This document shows, piece by piece, positions 7,219 to 16,249 of a stretch of DNA of 40,000 nt. Numbering within the stretch: position 1 is the first letter of the stretch; every line of letters starts with the position of its first letter. Both the position numbers and the translations under genes were made by a program. This DNA is from an uncultured Lachnospiraceae bacterium (GTDB lineage Bacteria > Bacillota > Clostridia > Eubacteriales > Anaerofustaceae), in contig CAZTZO010000007.1 in the NCBI GenBank assembly GCA_964618075.1, positions 1 through 40,000 on the forward strand, given 5' to 3'. The notes under the pieces were generated by a model that saw only the letters and a list, made by a program, of their open reading frames with translations, searched no databases and was not told where the DNA came from.

Positions 7219-8604
7219 TTACGCTTTATTTAACCCTGCAAGAAATCTGCGAGCTTCATCTATTTGTTTTTTGACGCTTTCAGGCGCAGGCCCACCCTCA
7301 ACGTTTCTTCTTTTAACACAGTTGAGTATATCAATGGCTTCATACACGTCGTCTTCAAATTTCTCGTTGAATTTTTTGTATTCACCAATCGACAGAGAAG
7401 ATAAGCTCTTTTTGTTTTTTACGCAGTAGGACACCAGCTCGCCGACAGTCCTGTAAGCGTCACGAAAGGCTTCTCCCTTTTCTACAAGATAATCCGCGCA
7501 ATCCGTAGCGTTCACAAAGCCGCTGTGAGTTGCATATTCCATATTCTCTTTATTGTAGCTTGCAGACTTTATCATAGGTATAAAAGCCGAAAGACACTTT
7601 TTTGCTGTTTCCAGAGAATCAAATATTGCTTCCTTGTCCTCCTGCATATCCTTGTTGTACGCAAGAGGCAAACCTTTCATAACCGTAAGCAAGCCCATAA
7701 GGTTGCCGTATACCCTGCCCGTTTTGGCACGTATCAGCTCAGATGCGTCGGGATTTTTCTTCTGCGGCATTATCGAAGAACCAGTACTGAAATCATCGCT
7801 CAGGGTTATAAAAGAAAACTCGCTTGATGACCACCACACTATTTCCTCGCAGAAGCGTGAGAGATGCTCCATTATCAGGGATAAATCAAAAGCAAGCTCC
7901 AATACAAAATCTCTGTCGCTCACTGCGTCCATGCTGTTCATGCTTATTTCGTTAAAGCCCAGTTCATCACACACGAAATGTCTGTCTATCGGATATGTCG
8001 TCGCAGCAAGCGCTCCCGAACCGAGAGGAAGCACCATGGTACGCTCACGGCACTGTGCAATTCTGTTTATATCTCGCATGAACATCTGCGCATAGGCCAT
8101 AAAATAATGCGCCAATGTGACCGGCTGAGCCCTTTGCAGGTGAGTGTAGCCCGGCATGACCGTATGTAAATGCTCCTGCGACATATCGCAAAGCACGCTT
8201 ACAAGAGATACCAGCTTCTCAGTAAGAAGAGTTTCTTCTTCGGACAAATACATTCGTATATCAAGGCACACCTGATCGTTTCTGCTGCGCGCGGTATGCA
8301 GTCTTTTACCCGCCTTACCTATCCTTTCGGTCAGTTTGGCTTCTATAAAGGAGTGTATATCCTCCGCATTATCGTCTATGGTTAAAGCTCCGCTTTTTAT
8401 TTGCTCGGAAATATTCTCAAGCTCATTTACGATAGCAAGACCATCCGAAGATGATATCACACCGGTTTTCGCCAGCATTTTTGCATGAGCGATGCTTCCT
8501 TTTATATCGCAAAACACCATTTTTTTGTCGTACGCTATTGAAGAATTTATTTCGCTGAGACGCTCGTTCGTATTGCCTGAAAGGCGTCCTGAATATATCT
8601 TCAT
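7219..8604 (-). CDS. argH: Argininosuccinate lyase
   Basis: It carries the fumarate-lyase signature GSSIMPQKKNPD and an ArgH-type N-terminus (DIKGSIAHAKML). Length is 461 aa. It lies directly downstream of argG. Confidence 0.96.
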   Translation of the reverse strand: MKIYSGRLSGNTNERLSEINSSIAYDKKMVFCDIKGSIAHAKMLAKTGVISSSDGLAIVNELENISEQIKSGALTIDDNAEDIHSFIEAKLTERIGKAGKRLHTARSRNDQVCLDIRMYLSEEETLLTEKLVSLVSVLCDMSQEHLHTVMPGYTHLQRAQPVTLAHYFMAYAQMFMRDINRIAQCRERTMVLPLGSGALAATTYPIDRHFVCDELGFNEISMNSMDAVSDRDFVLELAFDLSLIMEHLSRFCEEIVWWSSSEFSFITLSDDFSTGSSIMPQKKNPDASELIRAKTGRVYGNLMGLLTVMKGLPLAYNKDMQEDKEAIFDSLETAKKCLSAFIPMIKSASYNKENMEYATHSGFVNATDCADYLVEKGEAFRDAYRTVGELVSYCVKNKKSLSSLSIGEYKKFNEKFEDDVYEAIDILNCVKRRNVEGGPAPESVKKQIDEARRFLAGLNKA

Positions 8605-8617
8605 TTAAAACAGCCTC

Positions 8618-9862
8618 TTATTCGTTATTTTTATTATTCTCATTCATCATTATAGCATGAATTCTGTTCGGCAGACCATATAACGTGATAAAGCCCTGCG
8701 AATCCATCTGGTCATATACGCAGTCCTTGCCAAAGGTCGCATATTCCTCGCTGTAAAGTGAGTATTTGCTCGTCATTCCTGCTCCTATAATATTACCCTT
8801 ATAAAGCACAAGGCTGACATTTCCCGTCATGTTCTTTTGCGTTTCATCAACAAAAGCCGAGAGAGCCTCTCTTAACGGGGTATACCACTGTCCGTTATAA
8901 ACAAGCTCCGCAAATTCAAGAGCTGCGGTCTGCTTAAACTGGAACGTCGCCTTATCAAGGCATATCTGTTCGAGCATATCATGCGCTTTGTATAAAATCG
9001 TTCCGCCCGGAGTTTCGTATACTCCTCTGCTCTTCATTCCCACGAGTCTGTTTTCCACTATATCAACAGTTCCTATGCCGTGCTTTCCGCCGAGAATATT
9101 CAGCTTTTCAATAAGCTCAACTCCTGCGAGTTTTTCGCCGTTAAGAGCGACGGGTATACCCTTTTCGAATGAAATAGTCAGCTTTTCCTCCTTATCGGGA
9201 GCCTTCTGAGGAGATACGCCCATTTCCAGTATAGAGTCGTATTTGGGCATATTTTGCGTTTCCTCAAGGTCCAGCCCCTCATGAGAAAGATGCCAAAGGT
9301 TTTTATCCTTCGAGTAGCTTGTTTCCTTTGTTATTTTAAGAGGTACGTTGTGGCACCTTGCGTATTCAAGCTCTTCGTCACGGCTCTGTATATCCCAAAT
9401 TCTCCACGGCGCTATGACCGGCATGTTCGGCGCAAAAGCCATTATACCAAGCTCAAAACGAACCTGGTCGTTGCCCTTACCGGTGCATCCGTGAGCTATG
9501 GCATCTGCATTCTCTTTTTTAGCAATTTCGACGATTCTCTTCGCTATGAGCGGACGAGCAAAGGACGTGCCCAAAAGATAGTTATTCTCATACCTTGCTC
9601 CCGCCTTAAGCGTAGGAAAGATATAGTCGTTTACGAATTCTTCTTTAAGGTCTTCTACATATATTTTGGAAGCGCCCGCATTGATAGCCTTTTGCTCGAT
9701 ACCCTCAAGCTCGCCTTTTCCCTGTCCTACATCGGCGGCAACTGCTATTATCTCACAATCGTGGTTTTCCTTTAGCCACGGAATGATTACCGACGTATCG
9801 AGTCCTCCTGAATATGCCAGCACTACTTTTTTATATTTTGTGTTCTTATCGTATTTGTTCAT
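8618..9862 (-). CDS. argG: Argininosuccinate synthase
   Basis: It carries the ATP-PPase motif AYSGGLDTS and the [13 protein letters not shown] signature. Length is 414 aa. The RBS is GAGG, 7 nt upstream. Confidence 0.96.
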   Translation of the reverse strand: MNKYDKNTKYKKVVLAYSGGLDTSVIIPWLKENHDCEIIAVAADVGQGKGELEGIEQKAINAGASKIYVEDLKEEFVNDYIFPTLKAGARYENNYLLGTSFARPLIAKRIVEIAKKENADAIAHGCTGKGNDQVRFELGIMAFAPNMPVIAPWRIWDIQSRDEELEYARCHNVPLKITKETSYSKDKNLWHLSHEGLDLEETQNMPKYDSILEMGVSPQKAPDKEEKLTISFEKGIPVALNGEKLAGVELIEKLNILGGKHGIGTVDIVENRLVGMKSRGVYETPGGTILYKAHDMLEQICLDKATFQFKQTAALEFAELVYNGQWYTPLREALSAFVDETQKNMTGNVSLVLYKGNIIGAGMTSKYSLYSEEYATFGKDCVYDQMDSQGFITLYGLPNRIHAIMMNENNKNNE

Positions 9863-9877
9863 TTTTGACCTCGCAAT

Positions 9878-9955
9878 TATATTTATGCATATTATTGTAT
9901 ATGTTACATCGTAGATTATGGATTGTCAATACATGTATGTATATTTATGCATATT
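9878..9955 (-). promoter_or_regulatory. argG promoter flanked by two identical 16-bp ATGCAT-centred boxes (candidate ArgR/AhrC operators)
   Basis: On the minus strand: TTGACA (9924-9929), 17 nt, TAACAT (9901-9906). The identical sequence TATATTTATGCATATT occurs at 9878-9893 (about +1 to +16) and at 9940-9955 (just upstream of -35). Confidence 0.55.
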
Positions 9956-10114
9956 TGAAGACTGATTTATTCTTATATTAATATAATACGTCCTCTTGAA
10001 GCAAAAACAATTAATTATATTGCGAAACCTATAAAAATGATATAAAATACATACATCGGATATGCACTTAAAATATAGCATATCATTTATAGCTTACGAA
10101 AGGAAAAAGGTGCT

Positions 10115-10531
10115 ATGGTAAAACAAGTGTCGGTATTTTTAGAGAACAGAGCAGGCAGACTCAACCAGATCCTCAAGATACTCTCAGAGGAAGGAATAAA
10201 TATTTCGTCCCTCTCAATAGCGGATACAGGAGAATACGGTATCGCAAGACTTATAACCGAGGATCATGAAAAGGCGGTAAAGGCGCTTAGCGCAGACGGC
10301 ATGACCGCAACGGAAACTAACGTCCTTGCCATAGAGCTATCCGATACTCCGGGCGCTCTTTACAACGCAACAAAGACGCTCAGTGACAACGACATAAATG
10401 TTGAGTATGCATATTCTGCGATTCCCTCAAAGACAGGAAGGGCTATAATAATAATTCGTGTAGACGATCTTGAAAAAGCAATCGAGGTAGTAAAAAAAGC
10501 AGAAGGCATCACACCGCTCGAAAGCTTATAA
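10115..10531 (+). CDS. Stand-alone tandem ACT-domain protein (amino-acid-binding regulatory fold)
   Basis: It contains two beta-alpha-beta-beta-alpha-beta units beginning VSVFLENRAGRL and VLAIELSDTPGAL, typical of ACT domains. The RBS is GAAAGGAAAAAGG. Length is 138 aa. Confidence 0.8.
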   Translation: MVKQVSVFLENRAGRLNQILKILSEEGINISSLSIADTGEYGIARLITEDHEKAVKALSADGMTATETNVLAIELSDTPGALYNATKTLSDNDINVEYAYSAIPSKTGRAIIIIRVDDLEKAIEVVKKAEGITPLESL

Positions 10532-10584
10532 AACAAACATATTCACGGCAGATAGGCTAAAGAAAGTTAATAATATTAAATATA

Positions 10585-10614
10585 AAGAACGACCGCATAA
10601 GCGGTCGTTCTTTT
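10585..10614. terminator. Bidirectional rho-independent terminator between the convergent ACT and GPH genes
   Basis: A perfect 12-bp stem AAGAACGACCGC (10585-10596) / GCGGTCGTTCTT (10601-10612) has an ATAA loop. T-runs follow on both strands. Confidence 0.9.
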
Positions 10615-10639
10615 AAAGTATTGTTAAGTTTTAAGAAAC

Positions 10640-12028
10640 TTATTTGGCTTCTCTTGCGTCTATTTCAGCCTGATATTCCACTATGTTCTTCTTCGTGATG
10701 TTGTAACCAACGAGTAAGAGGACAACGCCTATAACAAGGCAGATGCCGGGAACTGTGAATATAGCGTTCGTGATACCGTTAAGGATCTTCGGTGTTACAT
10801 CTGCTGCCGCCATGCCGGATTTGAATCCAGATGAACCGAGAGCTATTGATATAACTATTGAACGACCCATGACGCCGACTTTAAGAGGAAGGTTCTGCAG
10901 ACCCATAACCCAACCTGAGGGGTTCTTGCCTGTTTTCCAGTAAGCGTATACAACTGCATCTGCGTACAGAGCGGATACGAGTGAGTAAACTGCGCCGTAA
11001 CCAAACTGTGCTATTGACAGAAGTGTGATTATCGTCCAAACACCTGCTGTTGCGTAGATGAATTTACCGATAAAGAGGCAGATAGCCATAATCGCGTAAA
11101 CGATTATTGTAGCGTTTCTCGGTGAGAACTTGTTGGCTATGTATCTGCTGCAGTATGCTCCGACAACACCAAGGATGTTGGAAAGGAGCAGGTAAGTTGT
11201 CATAGGAGCCATATTCTTGGCTATGTAGGTGAAGTAATATGCTGCCGTTCCGCCTACGACGAATTTGAACAGCCATCTTGCAAGGTCTGCGAAGAGCAGA
11301 ACTACGAGAGGCAGGTTCTGGAAGAGTGCTTTTACGAGGTCGCCGATCTTTGTCTTTTCGACCTGCTGCTCTTTCGGTTTTGCCAATTCTTCAGCACCGG
11401 TCTCTTCATAACCATCAGTTAATTTGAAGTGGATGAAGTAACCTACTGCCATAAGAGCGCCCCATACAAACGCTACGATAGCGTATGCCATTGTCGGTGT
11501 CTTGACTGAGAGTGCTGCTACGAATGCTTTTACCGTATAAGCTACGAGCACGGATGCTAAGTTGTTCCAAGTTCCTCTCATGGATGAAAGGGCAACTCTG
11601 TCTTCCTGCGTATGTGCTACTACCGGTATGATAGCTACGTTTGCAACATAACCGAAGTTCCAGATTACGTGTGAAAGTATGAATGCTACCGTGATAACTA
11701 CGGCTGCGAGAGCATCGCTTCCCACTTTGAAATATGAGAAGAACAGAATGAAAGGTACGATCCAAGGCGTTACGATGTACCATGAACGATAACGGCCCCA
11801 TTTCATAGGCTTAATGCTGTTGATGATAGCACCGTAGAGCCATGATAAGCATGCATCGACAGTACTTGTGATTGTAGAGATAAGACCTGCTGTAACAACA
11901 TTGAACTGTGCTACGTTTGTGAGGAAGAACATGAAATAATATGTTTCAATGTTCGTCATCGTGTTGAACGCAAAGTCCCCGATACCGAAGAAATACTTCA
12001 GGGAAGTTGACAATTCTTTTTTCTGCAT
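10640..12028 (-). CDS. Glycoside-pentoside-hexuronide (GPH):cation symporter family transporter (MFS-related)
   Basis: About 12 TM helices are predicted by eye. The N-terminus is GPH-type (KYFFGIGDFAFN...YYFMFFLTNV). The start is placed at the ATG at 12028, preceded by AGGAGG (10-nt spacer), rather than 12085. Confidence 0.85.
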   Translation of the reverse strand: MQKKELSTSLKYFFGIGDFAFNTMTNIETYYFMFFLTNVAQFNVVTAGLISTITSTVDACLSWLYGAIINSIKPMKWGRYRSWYIVTPWIVPFILFFSYFKVGSDALAAVVITVAFILSHVIWNFGYVANVAIIPVVAHTQEDRVALSSMRGTWNNLASVLVAYTVKAFVAALSVKTPTMAYAIVAFVWGALMAVGYFIHFKLTDGYEETGAEELAKPKEQQVEKTKIGDLVKALFQNLPLVVLLFADLARWLFKFVVGGTAAYYFTYIAKNMAPMTTYLLLSNILGVVGAYCSRYIANKFSPRNATIIVYAIMAICLFIGKFIYATAGVWTIITLLSIAQFGYGAVYSLVSALYADAVVYAYWKTGKNPSGWVMGLQNLPLKVGVMGRSIVISIALGSSGFKSGMAAADVTPKILNGITNAIFTVPGICLVIGVVLLLVGYNITKKNIVEYQAEIDAREAK

Positions 12029-12131
12029 TGAAGATAATCCTCCTAAAATATTATTTATATAAACGCCGAAACCTTTTCGGCGCATATATCTGCTGTATGT
12101 TTTAGTACACGTCCTTATTTACCGTATCATT

Positions 12132-12160
12132 ATAATAGCATTAATATAAACTGATGTCAA
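12132..12160 (-). promoter_or_regulatory. Sigma-A-type promoter of the GPH transporter gene
   Basis: On the minus strand: TTGACA (12155-12160), 17 nt, TATTAT (12132-12137). Confidence 0.55.
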
Positions 12161-12369
12161 TCACAAAAATAAAAAATTGCATTAAAAATAGAAATTACCA
12201 AATATCGTAAAAAATCTTGAATATACTGAATTTAGGGCATTGCCAACATTGATGCACTCTCGATTAATGCATTTAGATTGAACTAAGCCCATTATTCGTA
12301 TCATTATTATTATATATTCCTTAATATCCTCAATAATGCATATTTCGATTGTGCATTGTAAATATTTAT

Positions 12370-12531
12370 TTAAGAAAGCACAAGAGTGTTCAAACAATCG
12401 GACACGGTATACAAAAACGACGCAAGGAGGCTCATTTCATCATTTGTAAGCCCTTCGGACAAAAGCTGCGCTATCACTACAGCCGCCACGTTGATTTCCA
12501 GTCCGTCAAAAACAAAACCCTCGTTATCCAT
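12370..12531 (-). CDS. Small hypothetical protein, 53 aa (not in the ORF track; antisense to listed ORF 12349..12558)
   Basis: My translation is MDNEGFVFDGLEINVAAVVIAQLLSEGLTNDEMSLLASFLYTVSDCLNTLVLS*. An AGAGGTG Shine-Dalgarno sequence sits just upstream of the ATG. The helical, amphipathic composition looks protein-like, whereas the opposite-strand ORF looks like noise. Confidence 0.45.
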   Translation of the reverse strand: MDNEGFVFDGLEINVAAVVIAQLLSEGLTNDEMSLLASFLYTVSDCLNTLVLS

Positions 12532-12633
12532 ACTCACCTCTTAATAAACGTACTATGACGTACATACTATATAAATATTCTTAAACGGGGAATTCGGTGA
12601 TATTAATATTTATGTTTTAAATGTCTTGTTATG

Positions 12634-12642
12634 TGTTATAAT
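12634..12642 (+). promoter_or_regulatory. Extended -10 promoter element (TGtTATAAT) upstream of the purD-like gene
   Basis: TG at 12634-12635 and TATAAT at 12637-12642. No good -35 is present, which is common for extended -10 promoters. Confidence 0.45.
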
Positions 12643-12724
12643 AATACAAATTTACTTAAGCATCGGTCATATGCGGTCTTATACACTATTTAAAGGGAAA
12701 ACCGCGAAAGGATTAATTGAAGAG

Positions 12725-13786
12725 ATGAAAGTACTCGTTGTCGGTTCAGGCAGCTGTGAACATTCAATAATAGAGAAGCTAAATAAAAGCGAGCTGTGCG
12801 AAAAAGTATATTGCGCTCCGGGCAACGCCGGCATTGCTCGGAGCGCAACGTGCGTAAATATACCCTCCGCAAACGTTCAGGCTCTTGCGGATTTTGCCGA
12901 AGACAAGCAAATAGCGCTAACCATAACCTGCTCCCATGTTCCGGCTCAGCACAACATATGCGACGTCTTTGCCTCAGAGGGACTAAAAGTATTCTCTCCG
13001 AGCGTTGAAGCGGCGGCTTTTTTTACGAAGGAAGACAAAAAGGAAGCGTTTTATAAAAAATACTCCTTTCCCAGAAATACAGGCAAGAAAACTATCAGAA
13101 GCATATACATTATAGCTTTATGCGATTCTCATACGCTCGTATGTCTTCCCCCATGCAAATTCTATGAAAAGCTCTACGACAACGGCGAAGGGCCTATGAC
13201 AAGCGGTATGGGAGCGTACTCTCCTTACCACTACAAGGACAACAAGCTAAAAACAAAAATAATGAGCTTCATTACCGACGACTTTGCCAAAGCCATAAAG
13301 CGTGAGGGAATACGCTACAAGGGATTGTTAAGCTTTAAGATACTTATAGGCGAGGACGAATTCTTTATAGGCGATATCTCCTCGCATATCCCCGGCATAG
13401 TCATAGCCTCGGCACTGCCCCTTTTGGAAAACGACCTTTTAAAGCTGGTGCTCAGCGCAACCGATGAAACGCTTACTCAAAATATGATAAAGCTTTCTTC
13501 GCGTGCATGCGCCTGTGTAATGATTGCCTCAGGAGGATATCCTCACGAGTACAAAAAAGGCTTCCCGATAACCATGCCGCCTCCCAAATACAACGTGGAG
13601 CTGCTTCACGGAGGAACTATCCTTAAAAACGGCACATACTATACGGACGCAGGTCATGTGCTGACGGTGCGTGCTACGGGCCCTTCGCTCGAAGCTTCAA
13701 GAGAGGCTGCCTATGACAGTATATCCAAGCTCAACTTCAGCGGTATGTATTATCGCAGCGACATAGGGAGAGAATATAAGCAATGA
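12725..13786 (+). CDS. Phosphoribosylamine-glycine ligase (PurD)-like protein, degenerate; it lacks the ATP-grasp B-subdomain and nucleotide/Mg motifs
   Basis: N-terminal, central and C-terminal PurD signatures are recognisable: MKVLVVGSGSCEHS..VYCAPGNAGIA, GPMTSGMGAYSP, SGGYPHEY, and GHVLTVRATGPSLEASREAAY..FSGMYYRSDIG. The segment that holds the ADGLAAGKGV loop in E. coli PurD is reduced to about 10 aa. The EFNxRFGDPE motif is replaced by IGDISSHIPGIV. The start is taken at M34 of the track ORF. Confidence 0.7.
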   Translation: MKVLVVGSGSCEHSIIEKLNKSELCEKVYCAPGNAGIARSATCVNIPSANVQALADFAEDKQIALTITCSHVPAQHNICDVFASEGLKVFSPSVEAAAFFTKEDKKEAFYKKYSFPRNTGKKTIRSIYIIALCDSHTLVCLPPCKFYEKLYDNGEGPMTSGMGAYSPYHYKDNKLKTKIMSFITDDFAKAIKREGIRYKGLLSFKILIGEDEFFIGDISSHIPGIVIASALPLLENDLLKLVLSATDETLTQNMIKLSSRACACVMIASGGYPHEYKKGFPITMPPPKYNVELLHGGTILKNGTYYTDAGHVLTVRATGPSLEASREAAYDSISKLNFSGMYYRSDIGREYKQ

Positions 13787-14472
13787 AAATGAAACAATTA
13801 AAAGAAATGCTTATACAAAACGACTGTTTGATAAGTGAAAGAATGATAAAGTATTACATTCAAACAGGCCTTATACCTGCGCCCGAATATACCGAAGTCA
13901 ATCAGGCAAACTATTCGCGTCTTATAGCCGTAAGACTTATAAGGATAAACTCTTACAAGGATGTGGGCATGAGCTTTCCCAAAATAAAGGAGCTGTTTTT
14001 AAAGGACGACGAATATATAAAGCAAATTGCCGACAAAAACGGCGTTAACTCTGATGATAAGGCTCTTATTGACGAGATTGCCTCAAAGGAATATATGGAA
14101 TATATCTCATCGTTAAGCGATAAAACAAAATGCTTTTCACGCGACGAGCTTATGAAGAATTCTCACTGCGACGAGCTTGTATTCAGACTGGCGTGCGACA
14201 CGGGAGCGCTTGAAGACAAAAAAGAATATTCACATAACGACATGCTGATACTTATGTGTATATCCGAAATATTCAAATCCCACCTTAACGAGGACAAGAC
14301 CGATACCATAGAAAAGATAAGCGACATTTCAAAGATAAACAACATTTCGGCGCAGCTTGTGAACATATACTTCAAAAACGGCGACAAGGCATGGCTGTAC
14401 CGCATGCTCTGTGAAAATCTGATCGAGGAAAAATCAAGAATAAATGAAAACAAAACAACAGCTGACTCGTAA
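13783..14472 (+). CDS. MerR-like helix-turn-helix protein with a long acidic/helical C-terminal region (hypothetical)
   Basis: The N-terminus follows the MerR HTH/wing pattern: [20 protein letters not shown]...[25 protein letters not shown]. An ATGA overlap links it to the purD-like stop. Its 3' end overlaps the lepA start by 29 nt. Confidence 0.55.
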   Translation: MKMKQLKEMLIQNDCLISERMIKYYIQTGLIPAPEYTEVNQANYSRLIAVRLIRINSYKDVGMSFPKIKELFLKDDEYIKQIADKNGVNSDDKALIDEIASKEYMEYISSLSDKTKCFSRDELMKNSHCDELVFRLACDTGALEDKKEYSHNDMLILMCISEIFKSHLNEDKTDTIEKISDISKINNISAQLVNIYFKNGDKAWLYRMLCENLIEEKSRINENKTTADS

Positions 14473-16249
14473 TTTTTGTATAATTGCGCATATAGACCAC
14501 GGCAAATCGACTCTCGCTGACAGGCTCATCGAAATGACCGGTCTTATTCCGAAGCGGGAAATGACCGCGCAGATACTTGACAAGATGGATCTTGAAAGAG
14601 AACGCGGTATCACGATAAAGCTTCAGGCTGTACGTCTTATATATAAGGCGAAGGATAATTGCGAGTATTATTTAAACCTTATAGACACGCCGGGACACGT
14701 TGATTTTACATATGAGGTATCACGCTCTCTTGCTGCCTGCGAGGGCGCCATCCTGATAGTGGACGCAACTCAGGGTATACAGGCGCAAACTCTTGCAAAC
14801 GTGTATCTTGCCATGGATAACGACCTTGAGATAATTCCCGTAATAAACAAGATAGACCTTCCGAGCGCAGACACGCAGATGGCGATTGAAGAAATAGAGG
14901 ATTTTATTGGCCTTCCCGCACAGGACGCGGCTCTTATCAGTGCAAAAGAGGGCATTAACATAGACAGGGTTTTGGAGGATATAGTACAAAAGATACCGCC
15001 TCCTGCCGACAACAGCCAAAAGCCTTTAAGGGCTCTTGTTTTCGATTCTTATTACGACAGCTACCGAGGCGTAATCATAAGCGTGAGGATCGTTGACGGA
15101 AAGGTAGCTTCAGGGGACAAAATACTGTTCATGGCTTCAAACAAAGCCTTTGAGGTCGACGAGGTGGGCGTATTTACGGACGTACTGCTTCCCACAGACG
15201 AGCTTTCAAGCGGCGATGTGGGTTACATAACGGCAAATATCAAAACCGTCGGGGACACGAGAGTCGGCGACACCGTTACTCTGTATTCAAACAGGGCAAG
15301 CGAGGCTCTGCCGGGTTATAAAAAAATAAACCCCATGGTCTACTGCGGCTTATACCCTGCCGACGGAAGCAAATACGAGGATCTGAAGGAATCCCTCTCC
15401 CGATTAAAGCTCAACGACGCTTCGCTTACCTTTGAGGCTGAAACGAGCGCGGCTCTCGGGTTTGGTTTTAGATGCGGTTTTTTGGGACTTTTGCACCTTG
15501 AGGTCACATTGGAGCGACTTGACCGTGAATATGATTTAGACTTGATAACCACTGCGCCGAGCGTCGTTTACAGGGTAATAAAGACAGACGGAACATGCTT
15601 AGAGGTCGACAACCCCACAAACATGCCCGATGCCGGCGTTATAGATTATATGGAGGAGCCCTTCGTCGAAGCAAGCGTAATGGTACCCTCGGAATATGTG
15701 GGAAGCGTAATGAGTCTGTGTCAGAACAGGCGCGGTATTTTTGAAACCATGGAATACACATACGAAAACCGAGTGCTGCTTAAATACGAGCTGCCCTTAA
15801 ACGAAATCATATACGATTTTTTCGATGCTCTGAAATCAAGAACAAAGGGATATGCCTCTTTAGACTACGAGCTGAAGGATTACCGCAGGAGCAATCTTGT
15901 CAAGCTGGATATATACCTAAACGGAGAAATAGTCGACGCTCTGTCGTTTATCGTACACGCTGACAGCGCATATACAAGAGGCAGAAAAATAGCCGAAAAA
16001 CTCAAGGACGAAATACCGAAGCATATGTTTGAAATACCCGTACAGGCAGCCGTCGGAGGCAAAATAATAGCCCGTGAAACTGTAAGAGCTCTCAGAAAAG
16101 ACGTTATTGCCAAGTGCTACGGCGGAGATATTTCAAGGAAAAGAAAGCTTTTGGAGAAGCAAAAGGAAGGCAAGAAGCGCATGAGGCAGATCGGCAAGGT
16201 GCAGGTTCCTCAGGAGGCGTTTATGGCGGTTTTAAAGCTCGATGAATGA
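14444..16249 (+). CDS. lepA: Translation elongation factor 4 (LepA/EF4)
   Basis: GTPase motifs are [17 protein letters not shown] and NKID. The LepA-specific C-terminus is present ([22 protein letters not shown]). Length is 601 aa. Confidence 0.97.
   Translation: MKTKQQLTRNFCIIAHIDHGKSTLADRLIEMTGLIPKREMTAQILDKMDLERERGITIKLQAVRLIYKAKDNCEYYLNLIDTPGHVDFTYEVSRSLAACEGAILIVDATQGIQAQTLANVYLAMDNDLEIIPVINKIDLPSADTQMAIEEIEDFIGLPAQDAALISAKEGINIDRVLEDIVQKIPPPADNSQKPLRALVFDSYYDSYRGVIISVRIVDGKVASGDKILFMASNKAFEVDEVGVFTDVLLPTDELSSGDVGYITANIKTVGDTRVGDTVTLYSNRASEALPGYKKINPMVYCGLYPADGSKYEDLKESLSRLKLNDASLTFEAETSAALGFGFRCGFLGLLHLEVTLERLDREYDLDLITTAPSVVYRVIKTDGTCLEVDNPTNMPDAGVIDYMEEPFVEASVMVPSEYVGSVMSLCQNRRGIFETMEYTYENRVLLKYELPLNEIIYDFFDALKSRTKGYASLDYELKDYRRSNLVKLDIYLNGEIVDALSFIVHADSAYTRGRKIAEKLKDEIPKHMFEIPVQAAVGGKIIARETVRALRKDVIAKCYGGDISRKRKLLEKQKEGKKRMRQIGKVQVPQEAFMAVLKLDE

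Noticed and set aside
12182-12558. Track ORFs 12182..12397 (-) and 12349..12558 (+).
   Set aside because: Both have implausible composition (Cys/Ile/His-rich, basic) and no Shine-Dalgarno sequence. The region is better explained by the GPH promoter plus the 53-aa minus-strand ORF at 12370..12531.
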